From Entomortierella parvispora E1425 (lineage: Eukaryota > Fungi > Mortierellomycota), in contig BQFW01000011.1 in NCBI GenBank assembly GCA_020891255.1, positions 434,001 through 498,000 of the forward strand: a stretch of 64,000 nucleotides of DNA, read 5' to 3'. The notes under the pieces are model-generated. The model saw only the letters and a program-made list of their open reading frames with translations. It did not search any database and had not been told where the DNA came from. Each line of letters starts with the position of its first letter. The first letter of the stretch is position 1. Positions 25,770 through 37,610 of the stretch are shown here, one piece after another. The translations under genes were made by a program, and so were the position numbers.

Positions 25770-26546
25770 AAATCAGAGTCTCTTGTCACGACGACAGTTT
25801 CATCTCTGAGGTCATTGGCCGGGCTGGCTGGGGCTTGTTAGTAGGGCCAGAGGGGTGGCAACTGAATGCAATGCGAGTGTCTGCCTCGGTACTACACTGG
25901 CAGAAATAGGTGGCACGGGTCTCAGGGATGGCAGTTGGAAGAGGACCGTCAGATCTAGACGCGGTGAGAGGGCCAGAATGAGCCGTTTGCATCGTCTGGT
26001 CGCACTCTTGGATGGCATCACCAAAAGCTTTCTTCTGGGCGGCACTGAGGCGATGGGCCTTGCCAAGGCCTCGGTATATTCTGTCGGGAAGGGCCTTGGA
26101 GATCCAGTGTCTTCCATCAAACTTGCTCTGGAGGGTATCAAGTTCAACTTTGGCACGGTGACGTGCTTGTTGCCGCGCCTTGGCTCGGCGAGAGTGCTCT
26201 TGTTCCTTGGTGTGGCCGTCCGCGTCATGAGATGGACTGGCATAGCGGAAATAGGGCCCAGGTGTCGTCAAAGATCTTTTTTGCCAAATCTCTGATATCT
26301 TGATGAGCCGGAACGGTTGCGACCGTTGATGAGGAGACAACAGGCTGTTGTACGGAAGAAGATGATAGCACTGTCCCAGGGCCCCCGCCTGTCTGGAACG
26401 AGTCGGACGTATAACGCAGGCATTTTTTATCAACTGTGTGAATTGATGAAACCATTGTGATGGCAAGGCGTCACGTCGTAGTGCAGGCTGTTGATGAGGA
26501 GAACCCCTGCGGCCTTGATCAAGGGCCCCAATCCGGCGACACCCAT
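25770..26546 (-). pseudogene. XPG/FEN1-family (PIN-like) 5' nuclease domain, frameshifted
   Basis: N-terminal MGVxGL start in a CCGCCATGG context, DG-x-K-x-E-x-RR-x-R, CQCSTEADTRIA and VVVTRDSDLIMY, in the order of the XPG-N/XPG-I acidic motifs. Confidence 0.7.
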
Positions 26547-27304
26547 GGCGGAGATATCTACAAGAGGGGTGCTAGCAAGGTTAGATTCCTAGCTGGATGC
26601 TACTATATCTAGAAGGGCAATTGGGCTTACCTCACTTTTTGATGGGTCTTCGGCCTCTTAAACTTTTGATTTCAAACGCAGCTGTAGTGGAGTCGGTTGA
26701 CTGTGGATAAAACAGCCTTGTTGGGTCTGCTGCAATTCGTGCTTTGTGAACCAAGGTGGCGCTGTGGTGACAATGGACGGTGAACGTTTCGAATAAACAA
26801 AGACCACCAAGGTCGGTTGCTGTAGACTTGTGTTCGTGATGCTTTTTGGATGGGAGGAGCTGGTATCTTTGCGATGTGTAGGGGAAGGAACTGCTAGATG
26901 TCGTGGTCTAAGGATTGATGGGCAGATTAAAGAGAGAGCAGGAGAGTGAAAGGAAAGTTCAGGAGTGAAAACGAGACAGTTGGAGGAGTGGAAGCGAGAG
27001 AGTGGGAAGGAAAGATATGAAAGTAGATGTGGCATTTGTTTCGCGTCGAAACAAAAGGATGGGCATGGACCGCGCCTTGCAGAAAGTTGGACTGCCTTCA
27101 CCACGTGATAAAATGTCGATTAACCTTTATATTTGAAATTATTCATTAATAGAAGTTTAACTGGTAATTCGCGCTTTTTTTTAAAAAGAAAAGTCGACAC
27201 GCGTCAACGACCTCCCGCCTTCCTTCCCACTCTCACTTTTCATTACGTATCTGCGAAATCACCGAGACATCAATTCAATACACATTCTTTACCTTGTTGC
27301 GGAA

Positions 27305-30267
27305 ATGCATCGTGGAGGCCATCGTGGAAATTTTCGTGGCAGAGGAGGTGGAGGTCGTGGTCGAGGGGCTGGAGGAGACGCATGGAATGATGGTCGCTTC
27401 CGTAATGAAGGAGGCACCGCCGAACATCCTGTCTTCTCGGGGAATCAGCATCAGCCGCCTATGCTAGAAACTTGGGGCAATCAGGTTAATAATGGAGCAG
27501 ATGTCAGCAATACTCAGCCTCGTCGAGGACCTCCATCCAGAGATGACGGGTCTCGTTCGAGAGGTGGAAGTGGTAGAGGTCGCGGTGACTATCACGGCCC
27601 TCGTGGTGGCGTGGACAGTTACCAGGGTGGACCACAGAGAAGCACTGTCATCGTCTTTGTAAGTTGAACGCGCTTGGTAATGCGGGGTGCCATGCTACGC
27701 CCCATCTGATACTTAATGTAGCTTCGCTTTGAAAAGCTGATCGCCTTCCACTCTTAATCTTACGTGTAATGCATATCGTATTGTACACTCAGGTGAATCC
27801 TGAGCGTGGCAGACCCAGTATCAGCCATGAGATCGACGCCATTATGGAACGTTTGAAAATTATGGCTGCGCCTATCTCCATAAACATGAGCAGTGTAAGG
27901 AACAGACGAAAATACGTAGCATTCGACGCGAAGGCGTGTTTCAGTGGCCTTCTAACACGCTTAGAATGATTTAGCCACGGAGCTCTGCCACCGGTGGAAT
28001 ATCGTTTCTTGTGGGTGATATTGATCAGGCCATTGCGCTGAAATCTCTCTCAGGGCTCGAAGTCCGACCAGGCCAAAGAGTAAGACTATGGTGTTGAATG
28101 AAATTGAAAAATGAAGACGTCTACCTTAACAACATTTTCTGAACTGTTTGTCACATAGGTAAATATTACCACTTCAGAAGACAAGAACAAATTGGCTGGT
28201 ATGCAGTTTGTGAGTCCTTCTTTTCCACGCAATACTTCCTCGTCCCCTGGTCCATCTTTGTCCACTGTTGGCTACAGTGTCACCAATGGGGTCGATGTTC
28301 AGGCACAGAGTAGAGTCGAATCAGATCCGAGGCTTCCGGCGATTCAACAATTTATCCGCTCCCGTTATAACAATGGGTTTTTGAACTTGGATAATATGGC
28401 TCAGGATCGAAACTTGGGGGCGGCCCGGATATCCCCTCTTGGAGACGCCCGGTCGAATAGTGGATACACAATACTAAAAGCGGCAGCCGAGCTTTTCCCA
28501 GATGTAAGACTTTTGTCAAAAGGACAAAAAAAAAAAATGAGGGTAATAGCTGATGATGATCATTCTTAATCTTGATTAGATTACAACCATTTCATTTGCT
28601 CATAATCGGCTCTACTCTGTTGAATCAATTCAATCCGTTGCCAAGTTCTTCCCTGGCCTATTGAACCTGTCACTCAAAGGAAATAATATACGTGAATACA
28701 GGGACGTGGAGTTTCTTGGGGGGCAAAAACTTCCCAATCTTCGTGAACTTATTTTGACCAATAATCCTCTCCGAGATCAGGAAATATCAGAGAGCGGCGA
28801 TGACATGTCCTACAGAAGGTGGGTGCACGATCTATATCCAGTAGTGCTGAAAGCAAAAGTCTGCTGAAAGCTGATGCGTAGTCTTTGACACTATGACTTG
28901 TTGTATAGCCGTATCACACGACTCTTCCCGTCTGTTCAGGTGTTGGATCAATTGCCAGTTGCTCCCAGGATTACATTTGGAGTGAGTGATGTCGTAGCAG
29001 ATATTCGGCCTGTGAGATCAGTTCTCCCGAAGCCTGTTCGAGCCAACTTTTTCGATAGCCCATCTACAGAGGCAACCGTCCTTGAGTTCTTAACTTCGTA
29101 AGATATTAGAAGATAAGGTCAAAAGCTCGAGCACAAATGGTGAGAATCTCACGCACCCTGACTTTTTTCATAGGTTTTTCAATGTCTTTGACTCCAATCG
29201 CTCTCTTCTGGAGCATGTGTATGACTCGGCGGCCACATTTTCGTATCAGGTAGCTGATCCGCACCATCACCAGTATAAAAGGCATGACCACCATCGCCGG
29301 TACGATAGCTGGGATATATACAACTCCAAGGACCGTAATCTGAATCGGACGTCGGACCTCGGTAAGTAGACCTTGCCACAGGACACGGAAGAGTAAGAGC
29401 TTAATTCTCATCTTATACGGCGTGTTCTTGTTCAAAGTTCAGCGGACAGCCGCCTTGAGTGTAGGCAGCCGATCGATTGTTCATCAAGGGTTGTCGCGGT
29501 TTCCTTCAACCATCCATGATTTGAGTGACGGATCAAAATTCTGTGTTGATGCTTGGCAAACGGGAGGCCTACTAGCAACTGTTTGCTTGTACGTCATGGT
29601 CCATGGCGAATTTGAAGAGATATCTTCTAATTATCCTGCGCCTTCTTCACGAGGAAGAAGAAGCGGGTATGACCGCAATAATGGGTCGAACTCAAAGGTC
29701 AGGAGATCGTTCGATAGAGCCTTTATCCTTATACCCGCCCCGCAAGGCACTATGTAAGCACCAGTCTAATTTCGTCCGGAAGATGACGAGGAGTTCTTGC
29801 TTGCTAAAGCCTTTTTCTATTATTTTTATTTATTTTTTATTTTCGTTCGAAGTGCTGCTGATCAAGGATGGAAATGTCTGATCGTTTCGGATCAAATGAC
29901 CCTGCGAAACTATAGCGGCTCAGAGGCATGGAAGCCAGAAACAGGATCGTCGAATTCGTTGCCAGCGATCGAGGAGGGCTCATCTATTCCAGCGCTCATG
30001 GGCCCGCACCACATCCCCACCATCACTGCTGCAGCCCCTAGCGCAATTGAGCTGGCCCAACAACTTCAGAATCAGTTTAGCGGCCTGTCCTCTGAGCAGC
30101 AGGCCAAGATGCAAGAGCTGCAGCGTATCACTGGCCTTAAGTTTGGGTATGCGCTAGAATGCATGAATGTGGTAGGCTGGGACATGCAGCAGGGAGTTGC
30201 TCTCGTCAACGAAAAGCGTGCTACTATCCCAGCAGATGCCTGGCAGGCGCCTTTTGTCTTCATGTAG
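27305..30267 (+). CDS. MEX67: Nuclear mRNA export factor Mex67/NXF1
   Basis: RGG-rich N-terminus, LRR (LSLKGNNIRE...LPNLRELILTNNPL), NTF2-like (VHGEFEE...RSFDRAFILIP) and TAP-C/UBA (QELQRITGLKFGYALECM...IPADAW). Confidence 0.9.
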
Positions 30268-30636
30268 ATTTTGAATAAATATCGCATAATTGCTCCAACA
30301 AAACAAGCCGAGTGCAATCTTCACTTCTGTGCACAAGATGGACAAGGCTCCCAGTAATACGGCACAGCATCGGTGGCCATCTGTCTACCAATTCAACACT
30401 CTATCATGCTGCGAAGTAACTCCATTCCCATATTTTTATTCATTTGCATGGGTGTAGCTTGTATTCTATGATGATTTCGACGATTTCGCTTTCTTGAAGC
30501 AAACTAACAAATAATGCTGGAGTGTGCGTGTGTATGTGTGTGTGTCCTCATTCTCAGGACATTACTAGTCTGATCGAGCCAAGGCTATTGCTCAATAGAT
30601 ACCCCGTTCCTACAAGACTTTTGTGACCTAAAGTGT

Positions 30637-32203
30637 TTAAAAATCCGACAACATATCTTGGACAGCCTCGTAGTATTCTGGAGCAACATAGTCCTTCATC
30701 TCCTGCTTGGTAACCCATGCATAGTCCACGATCTCCTTGTTGTCGACCTGGACTTGTCCTGCAAAGATGTGGGCCTTCATAAAGAATACCTATATCATTG
30801 CACAAGAAAATATTAGGAGACCTGATTCGATAGAGTGGTGGCCCCTCGCTGATTATCGTCATATCATATAAATAAAGGTTCATACCTTAGCACCCTTGAC
30901 TGACTCTGACTTGAGCTCCTTGGGGAAGTTGTAGCTGTAATGACCAATGGGCACACGGCCGACAAACCACAAGTCCATGTTCGATCCGCATTCTTCCTGC
31001 AATTCACGACCGGCAGCCTAGATTGTCGGTGTTGTGTAAAAAGATAAAGCAAGTGAAAACATTAGTTCACCAAGACAGGCATGATTTGACCCCACCATAC
31101 TCCCTCTTTCCAATGCGACACAAAAAAGCGCAACCCAGAAAAAAAAAATACCTCTTGCAGATTCTCGACAAGACGAACTCCTCCCTGGGGGAATTGCCAT
31201 GCGTGTTGCTCCCTGGGCTTCTTGACAATCAAGTACAAAGTCCTGGCCAAAGCACGCTCCAACGACCGCATGTCCTTCTTGCGGTCTGCTTCTGTCACCC
31301 GGTCGTTGAACTGGATCTGGGCTTCCAGGGCCGCCACACGATCCTCTTCCGAGATCTCATCCTGCAGTTGTGATGATTCCTCTGTTGCTTTTGAAGATGC
31401 GTCTTTTGATGATGATGAAAGTGTGGATGTGGATGTCGATGATGAGCCTGCTGCAAGACGGTCAGCCTCCTGTTGCTTCCACCGCCTCTCTGCAACTGAT
31501 CCCTTCTTGAAATAAAACTCGGATCCAAAGGGGGCGGCATGATCTCTCTCCAAGTTCTTCTGGTAGGTAAAGTACTCTTGCTCAAAAGGCGACAAGTCTC
31601 TGAGAATGAGGGGCTGGCGGGACAAGACTGCGCCTGCAACGATGCGCTTTCCTTGAATAATCAAATCCTTGGTCGAGCTGACGACGGCCGAAGAAGAGGT
31701 CGAGATGTTGGATTTGAGAGGCGTTGAGGAAGCAGCCGGGGTGCTGTAGGATCGGACGGCAAAAGCCAGGCGGACGGGGGTAGCACCTAATAATATGGGT
31801 TGGGACAGGAACAACCAGAGGATAAAATAGGCGTCGAGTTAGTCATTACTGCTCAAGCTGGTGGGAAGGAGGTGGGCGACAAAGAATCTCGTCCTGAAGA
31901 AATGAAGAGAATTGTCGGGTGTCACAGAGGTCCGAGCTGTTTGTCAACGATTCCGAATGCGAGTCGATCCATGAAACATGGCTCCAATTTACAACAGCAG
32001 ACTCTCTTCCTTGTGGCGTTTTTCTCTGCTTTCCTGCGTAGTCCTCTGCGACTAGGGAGAAAAGCGTGCACTCTGCAAGCTGAATCCTGAAAGACATGGG
32101 GGAGGAAGGAGTGGGTACCTTGGACCAGAGCTGCCGAGCGGGAAGCAGGGGCGACCAATGAGGCAGCCGCCTTGGCCAGATGCCTTCTGAAGATGGAGGA
32201 CAT
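30637..32203 (-). CDS. MRPL46: Mitochondrial ribosomal protein mL46 (MRPL46 / yeast Mrpl17)
   Basis: Presequence MSSIFRRHLAKAAAS; RDLSPFEQEY, RVTEADRKKDMRSLERALARTLYLIVK, WQFPQG, DLWFVGRVPIGHY, VFFMKAHIFAGQV; four exons. Confidence 0.88.
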
Positions 32204-32539
32204 GGGAGACAGGAGAGGTAGAGTCGAGAGCGGAGAAGGAGAAGAAGGGAGAGAAGAACGGGGCGATTCAATGGCAGGGGAGGAGAGAGAATCGAATCGA
32301 ATCAGGCTTCGGGCAATGCGATCAGTGGCAAGACTTCAGGGGAAACAGGCAGCCAGAAGAGGCAGAGCGGCAGGATGCAGAGGGAGACACGCAGGGTCTT
32401 CCAGGCCGTGTAGGGGCGAGGACTCTGGGCGGGTGGCTTTGCATTTTTGTTTATGGAGATTATTGGCAGTCACGGTTCACTGCTCCTTTTGCTCTTCGCC
32501 TTCGCTGACCTCCTGCTGCAACGCTGCTACTCATCTACC

Positions 32540-34103
32540 ATGTTCAAGTTCAACTTCTCGGTAATGCCCATTCGCAGAGCAGGGCAGAGTGAAGCAACTT
32601 GGACGTTTGGGTGGTTGCGCTGACATTTCTTGTTTTTCTCTTGTTCGTTATTAGGCTGACGACCTCGAGTTTGACGACCCTTCTCTCGCGTCCGAGGACC
32701 AGGAAGTCGACCAGCTCTCTCAACCTCTCTCGACCCTGTCCGTCTCTGGATCCACCACCACCGCCACGGATGACTCGAAAGCATCCCAGGAGTCTTCCTC
32801 TGAGATCTCCGTTGTCCCTGCATCCCAACTCGATCTCCTTTCAAAGTCTCTTCTTCACGCTCTCCCTTCGACTTTGCACTATGAGCTTGCTCAAATTCCT
32901 TTGATCCATCCAGGATCCGGTGCAGCCACTGCCATTGCCACAGACCTCAAGACAGGTCAGCAAAAAGAAGTCATCACGCTGTACAAACGAAACCTAGAAG
33001 ATGTCAAATTTCAGATTGCACAAGACGATGATGAATTTGACAATGACCAGGAAGACAGCCAGAGCAAAGAACAAAAGAGTGGACCTGGAGGTGTTGAAAT
33101 GTTGGCATTGGCGGGAACAAGCGACTTGGTCAAGGGAGTCTATGAAGGAGGACTCAAGACCTGGGAATGCGCACTTGACCTGGTTGCCTATCTTGCAGAA
33201 CAAAAGGACAACTATGACGGCAAAAAAGTCTTGGAGGTAATCTTTTTTTACATCTTTTATTTTTGTGGAATTTGTTTGCTTGTTAGGGACACTGCTCCTG
33301 ACGACTCCCACCTGTCGCCCATGTGAAAGCATCTGTGGGATAAAGAGATTAACCTTTTTTTCTTATTTTTTTTTTTTAAAAAAAACAAATTGGCATGATA
33401 GCTTGGATGTGGATCGGCTTTGCCTGGAATCTTTGTGTTGACACAGTCGGAGTCGGTTCAAGTTGACTTGCAGGACTACAATGACCAGGTCCTGAAATTG
33501 GTCACCTTGCCTAATGTGCTCTTGAACAGTTATATCCGCCCTGATCAGCAACCCCCCGTTCAAGAAGTCGAAGACGATTCAGAAGATGAAGATGAGAAGG
33601 AAGAAAAGAGCAAAGAGACCGATGGTGGAGATGAAGAGGACGACGAGGATGAGGATGAGGATGAAGATGACGAGCCAGAGGCAGACCCCGCCGATGGAGA
33701 CTTTCAAGGAGTTGAGATTGATCTTCCCGTGTCCGAGGATGAGCGTCGCTCACTGTTGACGAGGGTCCAGAAACAATCCCGGTTCTTTATGGGTGACTGG
33801 GGTGGATTGGTTGACCTGATGGCTTTCAAGGACGAGTCTGAAAAGTATGACTTGATCTTGACCAGCGAGACCATCTACGCGGAGGAATCTCATCCTAAGT
33901 TGTATGCCACCATCAAAAATTCTCTCAAGCGGAACGGAGGTCGTGCCTTGGTCGCCGCAAAGACCTTTTATTTTGGCGTTGGTGGCGATATTCTGTCATT
34001 TCGTCAGTTGATTGAAAAGGATGGTGTCTTTGATGTCAAGGTGGTTTTCTCGGCCCAGTCGTTTGTACGTCGCGAAATCCTTGAATTGACCTTCAAGAAA
34101 TAG
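32540..34103 (+). CDS. HPM1: Protein-histidine N-methyltransferase (Hpm1/METTL18)
   Basis: MFKFNF start exon; SDLVKGVYEGGLKTWECALDL, KKVLE|LGCGSALPG, YDLILTSETIY, AAKTFYFGVGG. Confidence 0.88.
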
Positions 34104-34200
34104 TAGGCAAATAATATAAAAAATGGTCTAAAATGACATGTATTTCATGCTGGGAAGAACGATGGGATGCAGGTGTGATGACAGGGGGAGAGAGGGGAAT

Positions 34201-37091
34201 CTATAGAGCCAATCTAGAAGAGAAGAACTTCGATAACGACGCAGACAGTTGTGTGCTCACTACGGCATTTTCTGGGTTCACATCCTCCACAACAACATCC
34301 ATTTCAGTAGCTAGGAAAATAAAAAGTGAATTTGAGTCAGTAATCAAAATATCAGAAGGAATAGAGTAAATGAATGAATGAATAGCAGCTATTTCTTACC
34401 CTCATCGGTCTTGGCGACATTCTCTTCGCTTTCTCCGTCTTGTTTAGAAGAAGCAACACCTCCACTGGCTTGCGATTGGCGTTCTAATTTTGCCAATCGC
34501 TTCCTTTCCTTGGCCTCCTCCCGAGCGGCCTTGTTCTCCGACAACAATGGTTCCATGAAGGCCTCAAACAGCGAGGTCACAGGCGCCATGACGTGAGAGG
34601 GAGCATCAAACAAAGGATGACGGGCTTGGTTATTCTTTCTAGACTTCTTGGTCGATCCCATCTCCTTTCGAGCAGCAGCCTCTTTGGCAGATGCAGACGC
34701 GGTAGCCTTTTCAGACGACAGTCCAAAGATATCCGAAACCAACGACTTTTGTCTCTCGGCTGCCAAAGCCAACTGGCGTGCCTTGTTTGCAGCCTCTTCG
34801 GCCTCAGCCTTCAACTCCTCAACGGACCGTCCACCCAAAACTTCGAGGTCATATCCGTAGTTCATCATCAAGATGGGCTCCACAGCATCCACGCCGGCGT
34901 TTTGGTTGCCAGCAGTGATAGAAGGATCTTGCATGAAGGTCACTCCGCGAATCTTCTTGTTCTTAGTCTCGATGCGGATAGGGACAGGGCTGGAAGGCTT
35001 GAAGACAACAATCCTTTGCTGGGTAGGTACCTCGGGTGTTCCATCTGAGCAGACTACCATAAACTGGTTGCTCACATTCGATGCCACCAATCTATCCATC
35101 TTGATCTTGTAGCTCCACCAGACTGAGCATGTCAAGAGATTCCAGCAATAAAGATGGTCCTTGGTAGTCGCAACCAAGAAGGGAGAGTTCTTCAGGAAGG
35201 CCAAATGCTTGACAGGTCGGTTCTCTGGGGGCTGGGTCAAGACTCCCTGCAGTGTGTTCAGGTAGGGGTTCCAGAGTGTAATGATCTGACCATAGGCCAC
35301 GGCGAGCAAAGAGCCATCAGAGGAAAATCCAGCACAATGAGGAACAGCATCTCTGTAGAATCCGGTTGATCGACAGCTCCAGGCACGCTCAGCCTCAATT
35401 CCACGGCGGGATTCGCCCTGATGTGTCAGCTCCCAGATCTTGAAAGTTCCATCCAAAGAGGTGGTGACGGCCATGGGGGCCTGGTTACCCTGGCGAGGGT
35501 TGAACAGACAGGATGTGATCTCTTTGGCATGGGGTGCATCTACACGGGTATTCAAGATGTAGGTCCGCTGATCGTCGTTGTACTCCCAGAACTTGAGGTA
35601 CAGTTCGGAAGTTGTCTCAAGGTCATCTCGTCCATCCACTGTCACCATCCAGCGAGCAGCCTTGTCATTCGAAAATGCAACGTGCATCACGCGAGGAGGG
35701 ATCACCTCCTTGTCATCTGTTCGAGAGACCTTGTTGCGAGGTGAAATTTCCATTTCCATAATGTGTTGTTCCTTGATAGGGTCGAAGAATTGAATTGTTC
35801 CAGGCAAGCCATTCAGAACAACATTACCGTTGCGAGGTTCAATGACAAGTCCAGTTGACAATGGGTTATGCATATGGTTGACATGGGCTACAAGGCAATG
35901 GAGAGAAAAAAATGAGTATGACTGATAGAGAATCCAAACAGAGCAGTTAAAAGACGACAGGATGAATAAGGCAACATACAAAACTTGAGACCCTGAATGA
36001 CAGTCTTGGTCTGGAGGTCAACGCTGCGGATAACGCTCACAGAGTTGTCCTTGAGACCAACAGCATAATAGGCCTGATCGGGAGAAATGGTAATGTGCTT
36101 AATCTCGGAGCCCAAACGAGGCAAGAACTGCTTGAATCCTGTGGTCAATTGCCAAATCACCAATGTCGATTCCTCTCCTCCGGACAACAGATAGGTGCCA
36201 TCGGCAGAGAACGACAGGGCGGCGACACGATGGGCGTGCCAATGCATCACTGAGGTGACAGGGCTGTCCACGTTCTTTCCAAAGCAGTACCAAAGAGTGA
36301 TTCTTCCGCGCTCATCTCCAGCAGCAATGCATCCTTCTGTTGGGTGGAAGGCAACGCAGGTCAAGCTCTCCGTCGTCAAGTAAGTACGGAAGCGCAAAGG
36401 ATCCTTCTCGTCCAAGGCTCCCATGTCTGCATCCGATCCTGTAGCAATGTTCACGACGTGCAACTTGAATCGGGAAGCAACAACCAAGTACTGTCCATCT
36501 GAGGAAACAGTCAATCCACTGAAGACCCTGCCCTTCAGAAGTCGAAGCACGGGTCTGCTGTCGCTAGCCTTCAACGAGAATCGCAGCAACACAGAGTTTT
36601 CCTTGACGATGAGTCCAGCCGCTATTAAAAACAAAGTCGATTTAAGGAGCTGATATTAATTATCGACAGGTCATTGTATAGGAAGAGAATTGGTGACAAA
36701 AAAGCTTCTTACTCTTCTTCTCAAGGTAAACGCTCGAAGCTTTCCTTGAACGTTTGGTGGTGGTCAGGTACGCGACGTCAGGTCGGTTTTCGTGCATGAC
36801 CATGTGAGAAATAGGGACGCCAACCACATAGGTGTTGAGCAAGATGGCATCGTTGAAGTCCCAGAGCTTGAGGGTACCATCTGCAGAGGCCGAGTAGAGC
36901 TGCAGGGGGTTACGGGGGTTTAGGACCAAGCTCGTGACCTTGTCCGAATGTCCACCTTCCTCGACCGAAGACGAGAGCACACGAACGACCTGACCAGTCT
37001 CGACAGAGATGATGCGGATGCTTCGACCGTTGCATGAGAAGAAGTAGTTGCCATCCTTTGTGAATACGACGGGGTAATCAGAGAGCCTCAT
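34201..37091 (-). CDS. UTP17: WD40 U3 snoRNA-associated protein (Utp17/Nan1/WDR75)
   Basis: PVVFTKDGNYFF, MHWHAHRVAALSFSADGTYLLSGGEESTLVIWQL, FLPRLGSEI, LNTRVDAPH, FSSDGSLLAVAYG, APSHVMAPV; last exon ends at TAG 34201-34203. Confidence 0.88.
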
Positions 37092-37610
37092 GGTGTTTAT
37101 ATGAGGGATTGAGAAAGTTGTCGAATATTAGGCGAGGCAAGGCGAGAGACAAAGCACGAATGAGAATGGGAGTGAGAGTAGAGGTGGTGGGGAGAGCGAG
37201 AACGATGAGTCAGAAGGGGAGAGAGCACAGGACGGTGCAGACATGCAACGGAGGGGGGATGAGATGGATGAATGAATGCGTCGCTGTGAATGAAAGAAAG
37301 AGATCAGCACCGAGCCACAAGGTGAGAAAATATGGGACGTCCTTGTGCGGTGTGTGCAATGCGTAGTGCAGTACAGCCAGGCAATCAATCCAACAGAGAC
37401 TGAATGAATGTCAGCCAAAGCAAAAAAAAAAAGAAAAAGAGAAAAATGGAGCCAAGCCACAAACATAAACACTCTGGCTGTCTCTCTCCTCTCTGCCTGC
37501 TGCTGGTTGGATGGACTGTCTTCTTGCTTGCTGCCTGCTTGACCTTTCTCGCCTCGTTCATCTTGTTCATCTCACTCATTCGCACTTTATACCACCTGCA
37601 GCATACACCA

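Larger units (their letters stand above)
22700..26546 (-). pseudogene. Degenerate multi-exon gene: N-terminal XPG/FEN1 (PIN-like) nuclease domain followed by a Fanzor/TnpB-like RuvC-Zn finger domain; probably part of a mobile element
   Basis: Colinear minus-strand fragments: MGVAGL (26546), DG..K..E..RR (26215-26220), EAD (25879-25887), TRDSDL (25772-25780), SFQTNG (24073-24081), GIDPG (D 23670-23672), VFALGLGSF, VDEYYTS (E 22973-22975), C..C/CxxC, DRD (22864-22872), NIANI. Multiple frameshifts and stops; GT-AG introns. Confidence 0.8.

Noticed and set aside
22400-27300. Terminal inverted repeats, target-site duplication or a transposase flanking the XPG-Fanzor unit
   Set aside because: I could not find convincing TIRs, TSDs or DDE/Rep-helicase motifs by eye, so the element class and exact ends remain undefined.
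37200-37270. PAC-like GATGAG motifs in the UTP17/Bud21-like promoter
   Set aside because: The region is GA-rich, so such hexamers are expected by chance.
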